This document shows, piece by piece, positions 1-9,759 of a DNA stretch of 35,464 nucleotides (position 1 is the stretch's first letter; every line of letters starts with the position of its first letter). The translations under genes were made by a program, and so were the position numbers. The stretch covers positions 1 to 35,464 of the forward strand of contig MFCJ01000073.1 of the NCBI GenBank assembly GCA_001775255.1. The letters run 5' to 3'. Origin of the DNA: Candidatus Dadabacteria bacterium RIFCSPHIGHO2_12_FULL_53_21. GTDB lineage: Bacteria; Desulfobacterota_D; UBA1144; Nemesobacterales; UBA2774. The notes under the pieces are model-generated. The model did not search any database and had not been told where the DNA came from. It was given only the letters and a program-made list of their open reading frames with translations.

Positions 1-857
1 CCGTGGTCCGGGGAAGTCCTTATAATGGGCAGTCCGAGCGTCATGTTTACTCCAACGTTGAATGAGACCATCTTGAACGGGATCAGTCCCTGGTCGTGAT
101 ACATCGCCACTACGGCGTCCCACTTCCCCTGGTTGGCGTAGTAAAAGAGGGTGTCTGCGGGGAGAGGGCCTGTAACCGTGACCCCGAGCTTTCTTGCTTC
201 GGCTACGGCGGGCGCGATATGGACGATCTCCTCGTCGCCGAAAGCCCCCGACTCCCCGGCGTGGGGGTTCAAGCCGCAGACGACCAGCTTGGGATCTTTT
301 ATCCTGAATTGGTTAACGAGCGCGCGGTACGTGATGTTTATAACCGAAAGCACGCTTTCCTTTGTTATGAGCTTCGGGACTTCTCTGAGAGCGGTGTGAA
401 TCGTAACGAGCACGACCCTGAAGTTTCCGCCTTCGAACATCATCACCGCATCATTCGCGCCCGTGAGCTCTTTCAGCATCTCCGTGTGCCCGGGGAATTT
501 CGATCCGGCAAGGTGTGTGGATTCCTTACTGATCGGCGCCGTGACTATCGCATCGATCTCGCCCGACACCGCGGCCTTCACCGCCTCCCGGATGTAAGCG
601 AGACTTGCCTCTCCCGCCTTCCTGTCCACCCTGCAGGGCTTGAGGTCGCCGGTCCCGTATTTGAACGGATCGAAAATCCGGCAGTTCAATTTCATGCCTG
701 TGAGGCTGGCCGCGGATTCCAGAACTTCACGGCTCCCGTATATTACGGGTGAGCAGACGTCAGTTACCTCGCCCGCGTTTACGGCCTTTACGACTATCTC
801 CGGGCTTATCCCGTTCGGGTCGCCCATAGTGATTCCGATTTTAGGCTTGTTGCTCAT
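1..857 (-). CDS. pdxA: 4-hydroxythreonine-4-phosphate dehydrogenase PdxA (C-terminus cut by the window edge)
   Basis: Absent from the ORF track because it runs off the left edge. Reading the reverse strand from the ATG (cat at 855-857) gives MSNKPKIGITMGDPNGISPEIVVKA...TAPISKES...PGHTEML...CGLNPHAGE...AMYHDQGLIPFK...IRTSPDHG, with no stop down to base 1. These are PdxA-family hallmark motifs. Confidence 0.9.
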   Translation of the reverse strand, partial: MSNKPKIGITMGDPNGISPEIVVKAVNAGEVTDVCSPVIYGSREVLESAASLTGMKLNCRIFDPFKYGTGDLKPCRVDRKAGEASLAYIREAVKAAVSGEIDAIVTAPISKESTHLAGSKFPGHTEMLKELTGANDAVMMFEGGNFRVVLVTIHTALREVPKLITKESVLSVINITYRALVNQFRIKDPKLVVCGLNPHAGESGAFGDEEIVHIAPAVAEARKLGVTVTGPLPADTLFYYANQGKWDAVVAMYHDQGLIPFKMVSFNVGVNMTLGLPIIRTSPDH

Positions 858-916
858 ACCGGGACTATTTTAAACGGGGGAGTTCATTATGTATAGAAAA
901 AGGTTTGCACGGACGA

Positions 917-1687
917 TCATCGTTCGAATCTTTCGAATCTAAAGAGTCTCTCCGCATTCTCGGTCGTGACCTCAGCGATCTTCTCGGGCGATACGCCTCT
1001 CGTATCGGCGATTGTCTCCGCAACATATTTCACGTATGCCGGCTCGTTCGTTTTCCCCCTCAACGGCACCGGTGCGAGGTAGGGGGAGTCGGTTTCGATC
1101 AGCAGCCTGTCTCCGGGGATTTTCTTTGCCGCATCCCTTATCTCTTCCGATTTCTTAAACGTTGCTATCCCGGAAAATGAAATATAGAACCCCAGGTCGA
1201 GATATTTTCTGGCTGTCTCGTAATTCCCTGTAAAACAGTGGATCACTCCGGTCCTATCCGACACTTTCTCGGCCCTGAGTATGTTTATAAGATCGGGGTC
1301 GGCGTCCCTGACATGGATTACTAGAGGGAGACCGACGCGGTATGCGATGCCGATATGCGCGGCAAGGGAGATTATCTGTGCGTCCTTTTCGGAGTTCAGA
1401 TAGTGGTAGTCGAGTCCCGTCTCACCCACGGCCACGACCTTGTCCGCACCCGCCAGCGTCTCGATCTCTTTGAGGGCGCCGCTGTCGGCGGTCTTTGCCG
1501 CGTGAGGGTGAATACCCACCGCGGCGAATACGTTTTCGTATATTTCAGAGATCGATACCGTATCGCGGGAGGATGCCAGGTCCGATGATATCGCTACGAT
1601 TCTCCCTATCCCTTTCTCCCGCGCCCTCGCGAGAGTGCCCGGGAGGTCGTCGAGAGAATCCAGATGGGCATGGGTATCGATGAGCAT
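917..1687 (-). CDS. tatD: TatD-family metal-dependent hydrolase/DNase
   Basis: 256 aa. [10 protein letters not shown] start, internal GIHPH, GETGLDY, HxRDA and ETDSPYL motifs typical of TatD. The ATG overlaps the nrdR stop (TAATG at 1685-1689). Confidence 0.9.
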   Translation of the reverse strand: MLIDTHAHLDSLDDLPGTLARAREKGIGRIVAISSDLASSRDTVSISEIYENVFAAVGIHPHAAKTADSGALKEIETLAGADKVVAVGETGLDYHYLNSEKDAQIISLAAHIGIAYRVGLPLVIHVRDADPDLINILRAEKVSDRTGVIHCFTGNYETARKYLDLGFYISFSGIATFKKSEEIRDAAKKIPGDRLLIETDSPYLAPVPLRGKTNEPAYVKYVAETIADTRGVSPEKIAEVTTENAERLFRFERFER

Positions 1688-2220
1688 TACTTCTTGGTCT
1701 TGTCCTTTATGAGAGTCAGGGCGTGTAATGTGGAGTCGGTTTTACGGCCTAATTTAATTTGCTCGCCCTTCTCTTTGAGCAGGTCGGTCAATTCGCTTAA
1801 AAACTGATTAACGTCTTTAAAAGATCGATATACGGACGCGAACCTCACGTATGCAACTTCGTCTATCTCGTAGAGTTTGTTTATTACCCTTTCGCCTATC
1901 TCGCTGCTTTCGACTTCCCTGTCGCCCCTTTCCTGAATCACTCTTTCCAGGTCGGAAACGAAGTTCTCGATGACCTCCATGCTTATAGGCCGTTTCTCGC
2001 ACGCCTTGATCATTCCCGCGATTATCTTGCTGCGGTCGAAAGGTTCCCTAACCCCGCCTTTCTTGATAACGAGGAGCTCCATTTCCTCGACCCTTTCGTA
2101 TGTCGTGAACCGGCTTTTGCAGCTAAGACATTCCCGGCGTCTCCTGATCGACGTATCTTCCTTGGCGAGACGCGAGTCTATGACCTTGCTTTCGAGGCTT
2201 GAACAGAACGGGCATTTCAT
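1687..2220 (-). CDS. nrdR: Transcriptional repressor NrdR (zinc ribbon + ATP-cone)
   Basis: MKCPFCSS...CLSC zinc ribbon followed by an ATP-cone-like region ([16 protein letters not shown]...YVRFASVY). Start abuts the glyA stop with no spacer. Confidence 0.9.
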   Translation of the reverse strand: MKCPFCSSLESKVIDSRLAKEDTSIRRRRECLSCKSRFTTYERVEEMELLVIKKGGVREPFDRSKIIAGMIKACEKRPISMEVIENFVSDLERVIQERGDREVESSEIGERVINKLYEIDEVAYVRFASVYRSFKDVNQFLSELTDLLKEKGEQIKLGRKTDSTLHALTLIKDKTKK

Positions 2221-3477
2221 CTAAATGAGCCTGTGTCTATAAACGGGGAATTGGCTGCAAAGCCCCCGGACGTCGTCCTTTATCCTCGACAGCACTTTCT
2301 CGCTGCCCGGGTTGTTTAAAGCCTCTTTTATGAAATCTGCTATTATTTCTATCTCTTTTTCTTTCATTCCTCTCGTCGTGACGGCGGGTGTGCCTATCCG
2401 GATCCCGCTCGTTACGGCCGGCGGACGCGGGTCAAACGGTATGGCGTTCTTGTTTACGGTTATTCCGGCCTGCTCCAGCGTCTCCTCCGCGATCTTTCCG
2501 GTGAGCTCGGTCTCCCTCAGGTCTACGAGTACGAGATGTGTATCGGTGCCGCCCGAGACCAGTTTGAGCCCCATTCCGGTCAGGCGTTCTCCGAGCTTTT
2601 TAGAGTTCTTGACGATCTGTCTCTGATATTCCTTGAAACCCGGCTCGAGCGCTTCTTTAAATGCAACCGCCTTTGCGGCGATGACGTGCATGAGGGGCCC
2701 CCCCTGCGTGCCCGGGAATACCCTGCTGTTGACCTGTTTTTCCTGAGCCTCCTTCATCATTACCATGCCGCCCCGGGGCCCTCTCAGGGTCTTGTGTGTG
2801 GTCGTCGTAACGAAATCGCAGTGGGGTACGGGGTTCGAATAGAGCCCGGCTACTACTAGGCCTGCCGGGTGAGCGATATCCGCCATCAGAAGGGCGCCCG
2901 ATTCGTCCGCTATTTCCCTGAATTTCGCGAAGTCGATGTCCCTCGGATACGCGCTCCATCCCGCGATTATGAGTTTCGGCTTGTGCTCGAGGGCTAGCCT
3001 CCTTACTTCACTGTAGTCGATGAGGTTCGTATCCTCGGTGACTCCATACGGGACGACGTTATATAGCCTCCCGGAGAAATTTACGGGGCTCCCGTGAGTC
3101 AGATGTCCGCCGTGTGCGAGGTTCATCCCGAGTATGGTATCCCCCGGCTCCAGGCATGCGAAATAGACGGACATATTGGCCTGAGCGCCCGAGTGGGGCT
3201 GTACGTTCACCGCATCGCAGCCGAAAAGCGCCTTTGCCCTGTCCCTCGCCAGGTTCTCGGCGATGTCCACGAACTCGCACCCGCCGTAGTACCTCTTTCC
3301 GGGGAGACCTTCCGCGTACTTGTTCGTCAGCACCGAGCCCAGGGCTTCCAGGACCGCTTCACTCACGTAGTTTTCGGAAGCGATGAGCTCCAGTCTATAC
3401 TCCTGGCGCTCGACTTCGGACTTGATCGCGCGGTAAATTTCCGGATCTACTATTTCGAGCTTCGACATCTGATACAC
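2221..3477 (-). CDS. glyA: Serine hydroxymethyltransferase
   Basis: 418 aa. [20 protein letters not shown] and the PLP-lysine motif [13 protein letters not shown]. Confidence 0.95.
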   Translation of the reverse strand: MYQMSKLEIVDPEIYRAIKSEVERQEYRLELIASENYVSEAVLEALGSVLTNKYAEGLPGKRYYGGCEFVDIAENLARDRAKALFGCDAVNVQPHSGAQANMSVYFACLEPGDTILGMNLAHGGHLTHGSPVNFSGRLYNVVPYGVTEDTNLIDYSEVRRLALEHKPKLIIAGWSAYPRDIDFAKFREIADESGALLMADIAHPAGLVVAGLYSNPVPHCDFVTTTTHKTLRGPRGGMVMMKEAQEKQVNSRVFPGTQGGPLMHVIAAKAVAFKEALEPGFKEYQRQIVKNSKKLGERLTGMGLKLVSGGTDTHLVLVDLRETELTGKIAEETLEQAGITVNKNAIPFDPRPPAVTSGIRIGTPAVTTRGMKEKEIEIIADFIKEALNNPGSEKVLSRIKDDVRGLCSQFPVYRHRLI

Positions 3478-3793
3478 ACCCCCTCAATTCAAGTAAAGCC
3501 TATCCAAGATTGGACGAATTGGCAAGCCGGATGCTGTTCCCTCCAGCGGGCGCCAGGCTCGATAGCGGCCTATCAGGATAGAGTCTCGTTGGTATCAGCT
3601 GCAGCTTGTAATCACATATGTTATTAATTAATCTGCGGGGCGCGGGACTGTCGGATTGCATGTACATAAGTATTTTATTACAATTAAGTTTGGCGTTCAG
3701 CAATTCAGAAAAAATATATGTATATGAATAAAGGCCGGGCATGAAAGCGTCTGGTGTTTCCTACGTCGGATTCGGCCAAACGGGGTTTTTATT

Positions 3794-5836
3794 ATGAAGA
3801 GCAAATTGAAGCATCACATCGTGCCGGAGATGGGTCTAAAGCCCGCGGCGCTCGATCATGTAGAACATATCAATGCATTCCGGGATGACGAGAGTTCTTC
3901 AGCCCCTGATAACAGCGAGGGTGTAAGCAGCAGGGATTTCTTTTTCGGGCTTTTAGAGAATGCGCCCGATGTTTTTTTCAGTCTTACCCCGGAAGGGACT
4001 ATTACCTATATCAATCCTGCGATAGAAACGCTGACCGGATGGAAGCGCGACATGTGGATAGGCAGACCGTTTTCTGAACTGCTCGTTAACGATACGGGAG
4101 ATAACACGGCGCGCAATTACCTCGAATTTGAGAATGGGAGGCAGAGAAGGGTTTTTGAAGCTGATATCCTTTTAAGCGGAGGCGGTTCCGTAAGTACCGA
4201 GGTGTCAGTTTCGTTGCGTACGAAGAGAGATAAGGTCACAGGCATCATCGGCTCACTCAGGGACAACACCCGGAGGAAGCTCTCCGATGAGGCGCACGCG
4301 CTTCAGGAGAGACGGATCAGGTCCCTCTATGAGATTTCGGCCGCACCCGGCGTGGGAATCGAAACGCAGCTCGTCGAGACACTCAAGACGGGCGCTGACA
4401 TGCTATCTATGGAAGTTGCGGGAGTCGGCCGGATCGCCGGTAAGAATTGCACCGTTCTATATTGCTATGATGAGATGGGGAGAGTAACTCAGGGCCTCGA
4501 ATGCGATCTTTCAAAGACTTACTGCAAAATTACACTTGCCAACGATGACGTTCTTGCCATAGACCATGTGGGCGAATCCGAGTATCGAAATGAAGAGTTC
4601 TATAGGGACTTCGGCTTCGAGTCCTATATCGGTGTACCTTTGCGGATTAACGGAAAGGTATTCGGGACGCTTAATTTTGCAAGTCCCCATCCGCGGAAGG
4701 AGCCTTTTACAACGGCGGACAAGGATTTTATAAGGCTCATGGGACGCTGGATCAGCACGATGATAGAGCGCAAAAGAGCGGAGGACATGCTGAAGGAAAA
4801 AGAGGAGTTGTACCGCACGCTCGTCGAGAACGCGCATGACCTCATTCTCGAGATATTGTACGACGGACACATAATGTACGCCAGTTCCAATCATAAAGAG
4901 ATATTGGGGTATGAACCCGAGGAGCTTTTCGGGAAGAATGCGTTCGAATTCATGCACCCTGAGGACCGGTCTGCGGTTATGTCTGCATTCATACAGGGGT
5001 TCAGGTCCGGGTCCGCCGGGAGAGCCGTTTACAGGTACAGGCATAAAAACGGAGAGTGGCGCTGGTTCGAGGGTACCGGGAAACCGTTCAGGACGTCGAC
5101 GGGTGAGATTAGGGCCATAGTCGATACGCGTGATATCACTGAACGGAAAAAAACCGACGAACAGATACAGGAATCGCTCATGCAGAAGGAGTCTCTGCTG
5201 AGGGAGATACACCACAGGGTAAAAAACAACCTCCAGGTCATATCGAGCCTGTTGAGCCTCCAGTCCGATTATGCGAAGGACGAGGAGTCTCTCGCCCTCT
5301 TCTATGAGAGCCAGAGCAGGATATCCACTATAGCGTTGATCCACGAAAAGCTCTACCAGTCGAGGAACATAGACGAGATAAAGATGCTCGACTATATTAC
5401 GGACCTGACCAGAAACCTGCTCAGGGTCTATAAAGATTTCGGGGAAAATATACACGTTCAAATAAATGCGTACGATATATCAATAGATGTCGATCAGGCG
5501 ATACCCTGCGGGCTTATCATCAACGAGCTTTTCTCGAATTGCCTCAAACACGCCTTCCATTACCGGGACAGTGAAAATGTGACTCGAAGGACCAGGAACA
5601 AAGTGTCGGTGGAGATAAATTCGGATTCCGACGGGATTCTTACTCTCTCGGTAAGAGACAACGGAGTCGGATTTCCCGATACTACGGACTTCAGGAACAC
5701 GAATACCCTCGGTCTTCAGCTCGTCTGCACTCTTACGGATCAGCTCAAGGGGACAATAGAGCTCCGGAACCAGAACGGGACCATGTTCAATATTGTTTTC
5801 CCGATATCGACGAAGAAAACCAGAGGTAACGAATAA
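3794..5836 (+). CDS. Cytoplasmic PAS-GAF-PAS sensor histidine kinase with HisKA_2-type H-box
   Basis: 680 aa with no obvious TM segment. Two PAS-like blocks (TPEGTITYINPAIETLTGW; ILYDGHIMYASSNHKEILGYEPEEL...YRYRHKNGEWRW) flank a GAF-like block (SYIGVPLRINGKVFGTLNF). H-box is EIHHRVKNNLQVISSLLSLQ, with C-terminal ATPase motifs (NELFSNCLKHAF, DNGVGFP, GLQLV). No receiver gene is adjacent. Confidence 0.85.
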   Translation: MKSKLKHHIVPEMGLKPAALDHVEHINAFRDDESSSAPDNSEGVSSRDFFFGLLENAPDVFFSLTPEGTITYINPAIETLTGWKRDMWIGRPFSELLVNDTGDNTARNYLEFENGRQRRVFEADILLSGGGSVSTEVSVSLRTKRDKVTGIIGSLRDNTRRKLSDEAHALQERRIRSLYEISAAPGVGIETQLVETLKTGADMLSMEVAGVGRIAGKNCTVLYCYDEMGRVTQGLECDLSKTYCKITLANDDVLAIDHVGESEYRNEEFYRDFGFESYIGVPLRINGKVFGTLNFASPHPRKEPFTTADKDFIRLMGRWISTMIERKRAEDMLKEKEELYRTLVENAHDLILEILYDGHIMYASSNHKEILGYEPEELFGKNAFEFMHPEDRSAVMSAFIQGFRSGSAGRAVYRYRHKNGEWRWFEGTGKPFRTSTGEIRAIVDTRDITERKKTDEQIQESLMQKESLLREIHHRVKNNLQVISSLLSLQSDYAKDEESLALFYESQSRISTIALIHEKLYQSRNIDEIKMLDYITDLTRNLLRVYKDFGENIHVQINAYDISIDVDQAIPCGLIINELFSNCLKHAFHYRDSENVTRRTRNKVSVEINSDSDGILTLSVRDNGVGFPDTTDFRNTNTLGLQLVCTLTDQLKGTIELRNQNGTMFNIVFPISTKKTRGNE

Positions 5837-5847
5837 GGGCGGCAGAA

Positions 5848-6216
5848 TCAGGTGTTAATCAATACATCAAAACTCCCGAGATTTGCTTTCGCGGCAAGAC
5901 CGTTCTTCCAGCAGATGTCCCTTGCATGTCCCTGCAGCTCTTTTGGCACCATGAGAGTAAATTTCACGCCGAGCTCCGAGAGTTCTTTCCATTTGGGGAC
6001 TCTTTCGTTATTTATCGTCTCCCTTGTTTCCACTTCAACTATCTGCACGACCTGGCCGTAATTCACAAGGACTATGTCCGGGTATTTGCCCTTGTACTCG
6101 AAGTTCGTCTCTTCACCGGGGTTGATGCGCACTTCGCTGTAAAGCCTCGAATACTTCTCGTGCACTTTCCTGATGACCCAGTCGTGCAGGAACTGCTCAT
6201 CCGTTGATCTTGCCAT
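5848..6216 (-). CDS. Hypothetical 122-aa protein, possible restriction-endonuclease-like (PD-(D/E)xK) fold
   Basis: ATG at 6216 is preceded by GGGGAGAGAG. It overlaps the nadK 3' end by 20 nt. The pattern YPDIVLV-x9-IVEVET in a helix-strand-strand-strand-helix context resembles a nuclease core, but the canonical Lys is not evident. Confidence 0.55.
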   Translation of the reverse strand: MARSTDEQFLHDWVIRKVHEKYSRLYSEVRINPGEETNFEYKGKYPDIVLVNYGQVVQIVEVETRETINNERVPKWKELSELGVKFTLMVPKELQGHARDICWKNGLAAKANLGSFDVLINT

Positions 6217-7066
6217 ATCTCTCTCCCCACATGAGCTTGGTCTTCAAGATTGTGAAGTAATCTCTGAAAGGGGATTTAATAAGTTTTACGACGGTATCGG
6301 ATTTCCTGACCTCTATCACGTCCCCGGCCTTGAGTCTGATCCCGATCTGCCCGTCGAGTGTCAGGTAAGTGTCCGGCTCCTGTGAGGTTATTTTTATCTC
6401 GACCTTCATTTCGTTAGAAACCACGAGCGGCCTGTTTGTCAGTGTATGGGGACATATCGGCGTAATTATGGTGACCGGCAGGGCAGGGTGAACTATCGGT
6501 CCTCCCGCCGAAAGGGAATAAGCCGTGGAACCGGTAGGCGTCGAGAGTATAATACCGTCAGCCTTATACGTTGTAACGTGTGAGCCTTCTATGTAAATTT
6601 CGAGGTCAATTATCCGCGCGACGGCTTCTTTATTGATAACCACGTCATTCAGGACCTCATAGTGCTTCGCGCCTGTCTTTCCTCTCCGGACCGTCGTCCG
6701 GAGCATCTGCCGGTCCTCGATTTCATAATCGCCGCTCAGTATCCTCTCCATCATGGGATATATCTCGTCAACGGTAATCTCCGTGAGAAACCCGAGTCCC
6801 CCCAGATTTATTCCCAGGATCGGCGTCCCGTGTTCGCAGGCGAGCCTGGCCACGCCCAGGAAAGTCCCGTCCCCTCCGAAGACGAGTATGATGTCCACGA
6901 GCTCCGGGATTTCGGCGGCGGGGACTGATTTCCGGCGGCGGATTTTTTTTCCGATCTCCTGCTCGAAAATCACCTCGACGCCCCTCGCGTTAAACCACTC
7001 GCTCAGGTCTTTCGCTATTTCATAGGCCTTGTCTGTATTCGTCTTCCCGATTATTCCGATTCTCAA
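6197..7066 (-). CDS. nadK: NAD+ kinase
   Basis: 289 aa. The GGDGTFL motif and the NxGxLGFL-like block INLGGLGFLTE are typical of NadK/PpnK. Confidence 0.9.
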   Translation of the reverse strand: MRIGIIGKTNTDKAYEIAKDLSEWFNARGVEVIFEQEIGKKIRRRKSVPAAEIPELVDIILVFGGDGTFLGVARLACEHGTPILGINLGGLGFLTEITVDEIYPMMERILSGDYEIEDRQMLRTTVRRGKTGAKHYEVLNDVVINKEAVARIIDLEIYIEGSHVTTYKADGIILSTPTGSTAYSLSAGGPIVHPALPVTIITPICPHTLTNRPLVVSNEMKVEIKITSQEPDTYLTLDGQIGIRLKAGDVIEVRKSDTVVKLIKSPFRDYFTILKTKLMWGERYGKING

Positions 7067-7198
7067 AATTTCTTACCTCGCGTGAGGGACACGGACTTCT
7101 CTGAATTATAGGCGATATCGATGGATAAATATAGCACCCCGGATATGGAATAAAAGAATCGGAGCGCGCCCGCGAGCAGGGCGGTATCTATGCCGGCT

Positions 7199-8309
7199 TT
7201 AGAGAGTTTTCTCTCCCGCCTGCATCAGAAGAAACGCTTTTATGAATTCGCTCAGGTCGCCGTCAAGAACGGGTTCGACGTTCCCGGTCTCGAATCCGGT
7301 CCTGTGGTCCTTTATCATTCTGTACGGATGGAGCACGTAGGAGCGTATCTGGCTGCCCCACCCGATCTCCTTTTTCGTGGCATGCATCTCGTCCATCTTT
7401 TCCCTCTGTTTCTCCTTCTCGAGCTCGTAGAGCCTCGCTTTCAGGATTTTCATGGCTGTAGCCCGGTTCTGGTGCTGGGAGCGTTCGTTCTGGCAGCTGA
7501 CGACTATCCCCGACGGCATATGGGTTATTCTTATCGCGGAATCCGTCTTGTTAACGTGCTGCCCGCCTGCTCCGCTCGCCCGGTAGGTATCCACCCTCAA
7601 GTCTTTCTCATCTATCTCGACCACTATGCTTTCGTCGATTTCAGGGGATACGAACACCGACGCGAACGAAGTATGCCTTCTCTTATTCGCGTCGAACGGG
7701 GATATCCTGACTAACCTGTGTACCCCGCTTTCACCCTTCAGGTAGCCGAAGGCGTAATCGCCCTTCACGAGGAACGTCGCGCTCTTCATACCGGCCTCGT
7801 CCCCCTCCTGATACTCTATAAATTCAGTTGTAAAACAGTTAAGCTCGGCGTATCTCAGATACATTCGGAGCAGCATCTCGGCCCAGTCCTGGGCTTCGGT
7901 GCCCCCTGCCCCCGCGTTGATCGAGACGATCGCGTTCCTCTCGTCATCGGGCTCGCCGAGTATCCGTTTGAACTCGAGCGTCTCGACCCGGCTCTTGATC
8001 TCCGAGAGCTTCTCCCTGGCTTCCCTCGCTGCCGCCTCGTCTCCCTCCTCGATGGAAAGCTCCTCCAGTACCTCCACGTCCTCGAGGTCGTTCGAGAGTC
8101 TCTTCAGGCCGTCGAGAGCGTTTTTAATACGGGACTGCTCCCTCAGGATTTCCTGCGCCTTCTCGGCGTTGTTCCAGAAACCCTCCTTCCCCGTTATCTC
8201 TTCTAATTCTTTAAGGCGTAAATTCTTTCCGGGGAGGTCAAAGAAACTCTCCCAATACTACGAGTCTCTTCTTAAGTTCCTGTATTTGCTCTTTATTTTC
8301 TCCAAACAT
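7199..8309 (-). CDS. prfB: Peptide chain release factor 2, expressed through a programmed +1 ribosomal frameshift
   Basis: The frame-0 leader from ATG 8309 (SD GGGAGA upstream) reads MFGENKEQIQELKKRLVVLGEFL, then TGA (8238-8240). A +1 shift on CTT TGA C continues DLPGKNLRLKELEEITGKEGFWNN... into the tracked ORF 7199-8077. That ORF carries the RF2 motifs SPF (VRISPFD) and GGQ (SGAGGQHVN). Confidence 0.92.
8237..8243 (-). promoter_or_regulatory. RF2 autoregulatory +1 frameshift site CUU UGA C with an upstream SD-like GGGAGAG
   Basis: Reverse strand reads ...UUG GGA GAG UUU CUU UGA CCU.... This is the same slippery Leu codon plus in-frame UGA-C as the classical prfB site. Confidence 0.9.
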
Positions 8310-8568
8310 GCCGTTCTCCCTTTTTCTGTATCTAAATAATATATGGGTTGAGAATTCAAAAGCAAGGAAAGTTGAATTATCCGTAGTTTTGGGTAGATTC
8401 TTATGGTTTTAACACGGCTTGCATCAGTAAGATATAACACTGGAATATGTCGGCGGGTTTCAGACCGGTACCGCGGGCGAGGCAGGAGCGCCTGCCGGGG
8501 GATCGTAAGGTTCGACAGTCCGGCCTAAAAAATTCGAAAGCAAAATCATAACAGAGGAGAATCAGAAA

Positions 8569-9711
8569 GTGAAAAATTACATATTTACTCCGGGACCGGT
8601 CGCTGTCCCAAGCGAAATTCTCATTGAGATGGCAAAGCCCATCATGCACCACAGGACGAAGGAATTCGAGGCCATCTTTGCGGAGGTAAGAGAGGGGCTT
8701 AAATACATATACGATACGAAGCAGGAGGTATTTGTCCTCGCTGCCTCCGGAACCGGGGCTATGGAGGGGGCCGTGGTGAATACACTTTCCCGCGGCGATA
8801 AGGTGCTCGTCGTCAACGGCGGCAAGTTCGGAGAGAGGTGGGGAAAGATTTGCAAGGCGTTCGGCCTCGACACGCAGGAGCTAATGGTCGAGTGGGGCCA
8901 TTCGGTGGACCCTGCCGATATTGAAAAAGCGCTCGGGAAGGACCCCTCGATTCGAGCCGTTCTGGTACAGGCTAGCGAGACATCTACAGGCGTAATGCAT
9001 CCGACGAAGGAAATCGCCGATATTACCAGGCACAGAGACGATGTCATTCTGATAGTCGACGGCATCACGGGCGTGGGCGTATTCCCGCTTCCTTTCGACG
9101 AGATCGGCATAGACGTCATGGTAGGCGGCTCGCAGAAGGCGTTCATGCTGCCTCCGGGACTGTCGTTCGCCGCCATGAGCGAAAAGGCCTGGAAGTTCAA
9201 TAAGACTTCGGACCTCCCGAAATATTATTTCGATTTCAAAGCCGCACAGAAAAACGCGGAGAAAAACACGACCCCTTATACACCGGCCGTAACCCTGATT
9301 ATCGGACTTGCCGCCGTGCTGAGGAGGTTCAGGGAAGAGGGAAGGGAGAGCATGTTCAAACGTCATGCCAAGCTCTCTCTCGCCATGAGGGAAGGGATGA
9401 AGGCGATAGGGCTTGATATATACGTGAAGGACGTCCCGAGCCCCGCGCTCACTACAGTGATCGCCCCGCCGGAAATAGGCTCCTCGAAGGTTATCAAGGC
9501 GCTCAGCAGCGAATTCGGCATTACTGTCGCCGACGGTCAGGACCAGGCCAAGGGAGTGATATTCAGAGTTTCACACATAGGCGATATAGACAAGACGGAT
9601 ACGTTGTTCTTCATATCGGCCATAGAAAGCGTGCTGCACAAGCTCGGCTACAAGTTCAATTACGGAGCCGGGACGAAAAAGGCGTCTGAAATCTTATTCG
9701 GAGATCAATAG
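8569..9711 (+). CDS. Class-V PLP aminotransferase (serine-pyruvate / alanine-glyoxylate / serine-glyoxylate aminotransferase family)
   Basis: 380 aa. GTG start with SD GAGGAGA 9 nt upstream. N-terminus FTPGPVAVPSEIL...MHHRTKEF, then the Lys motif GGSQKAFMLPPGL. Confidence 0.85.
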   Translation: MKNYIFTPGPVAVPSEILIEMAKPIMHHRTKEFEAIFAEVREGLKYIYDTKQEVFVLAASGTGAMEGAVVNTLSRGDKVLVVNGGKFGERWGKICKAFGLDTQELMVEWGHSVDPADIEKALGKDPSIRAVLVQASETSTGVMHPTKEIADITRHRDDVILIVDGITGVGVFPLPFDEIGIDVMVGGSQKAFMLPPGLSFAAMSEKAWKFNKTSDLPKYYFDFKAAQKNAEKNTTPYTPAVTLIIGLAAVLRRFREEGRESMFKRHAKLSLAMREGMKAIGLDIYVKDVPSPALTTVIAPPEIGSSKVIKALSSEFGITVADGQDQAKGVIFRVSHIGDIDKTDTLFFISAIESVLHKLGYKFNYGAGTKKASEILFGDQ

Positions 9712-9759
9712 AGGGAGCGTTCTCAAGGGCTTTTATTGACCTGAGGCGCCCGGCGGCAG

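Noticed and set aside
96-752. 218-aa + strand ORF (and 151-399, 640-873) at the left edge
   Set aside because: It lies antisense to a clean PdxA reading frame on the reverse strand. It has no motif content and is Arg/Gly/Pro-rich, as expected for shadow ORFs.
3478-3620. Possible riboswitch (ZTP, THF or glycine) in the glyA leader
   Set aside because: The reverse-strand leader has alternative short hairpins (CUAUC/GAUAG/CUAUC) and a GC-rich patch. I could not find the ZTP (GGGUCGUGAC ... CCGCCUGGGCA), THF or glycine consensus blocks.
4511-5461. 316-aa reverse-strand ORF inside the PAS-GAF-PAS kinase gene
   Set aside because: It is a shadow ORF. The + strand frame carries unambiguous PAS and HisKA_2 motifs over the same bases.
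8500-8525. GGTTCGA, a T-loop-like element suggesting a tRNA
   Set aside because: There are no complementary T-stem arms, no acceptor stem and no anticodon arm in the flanking 80 nt.
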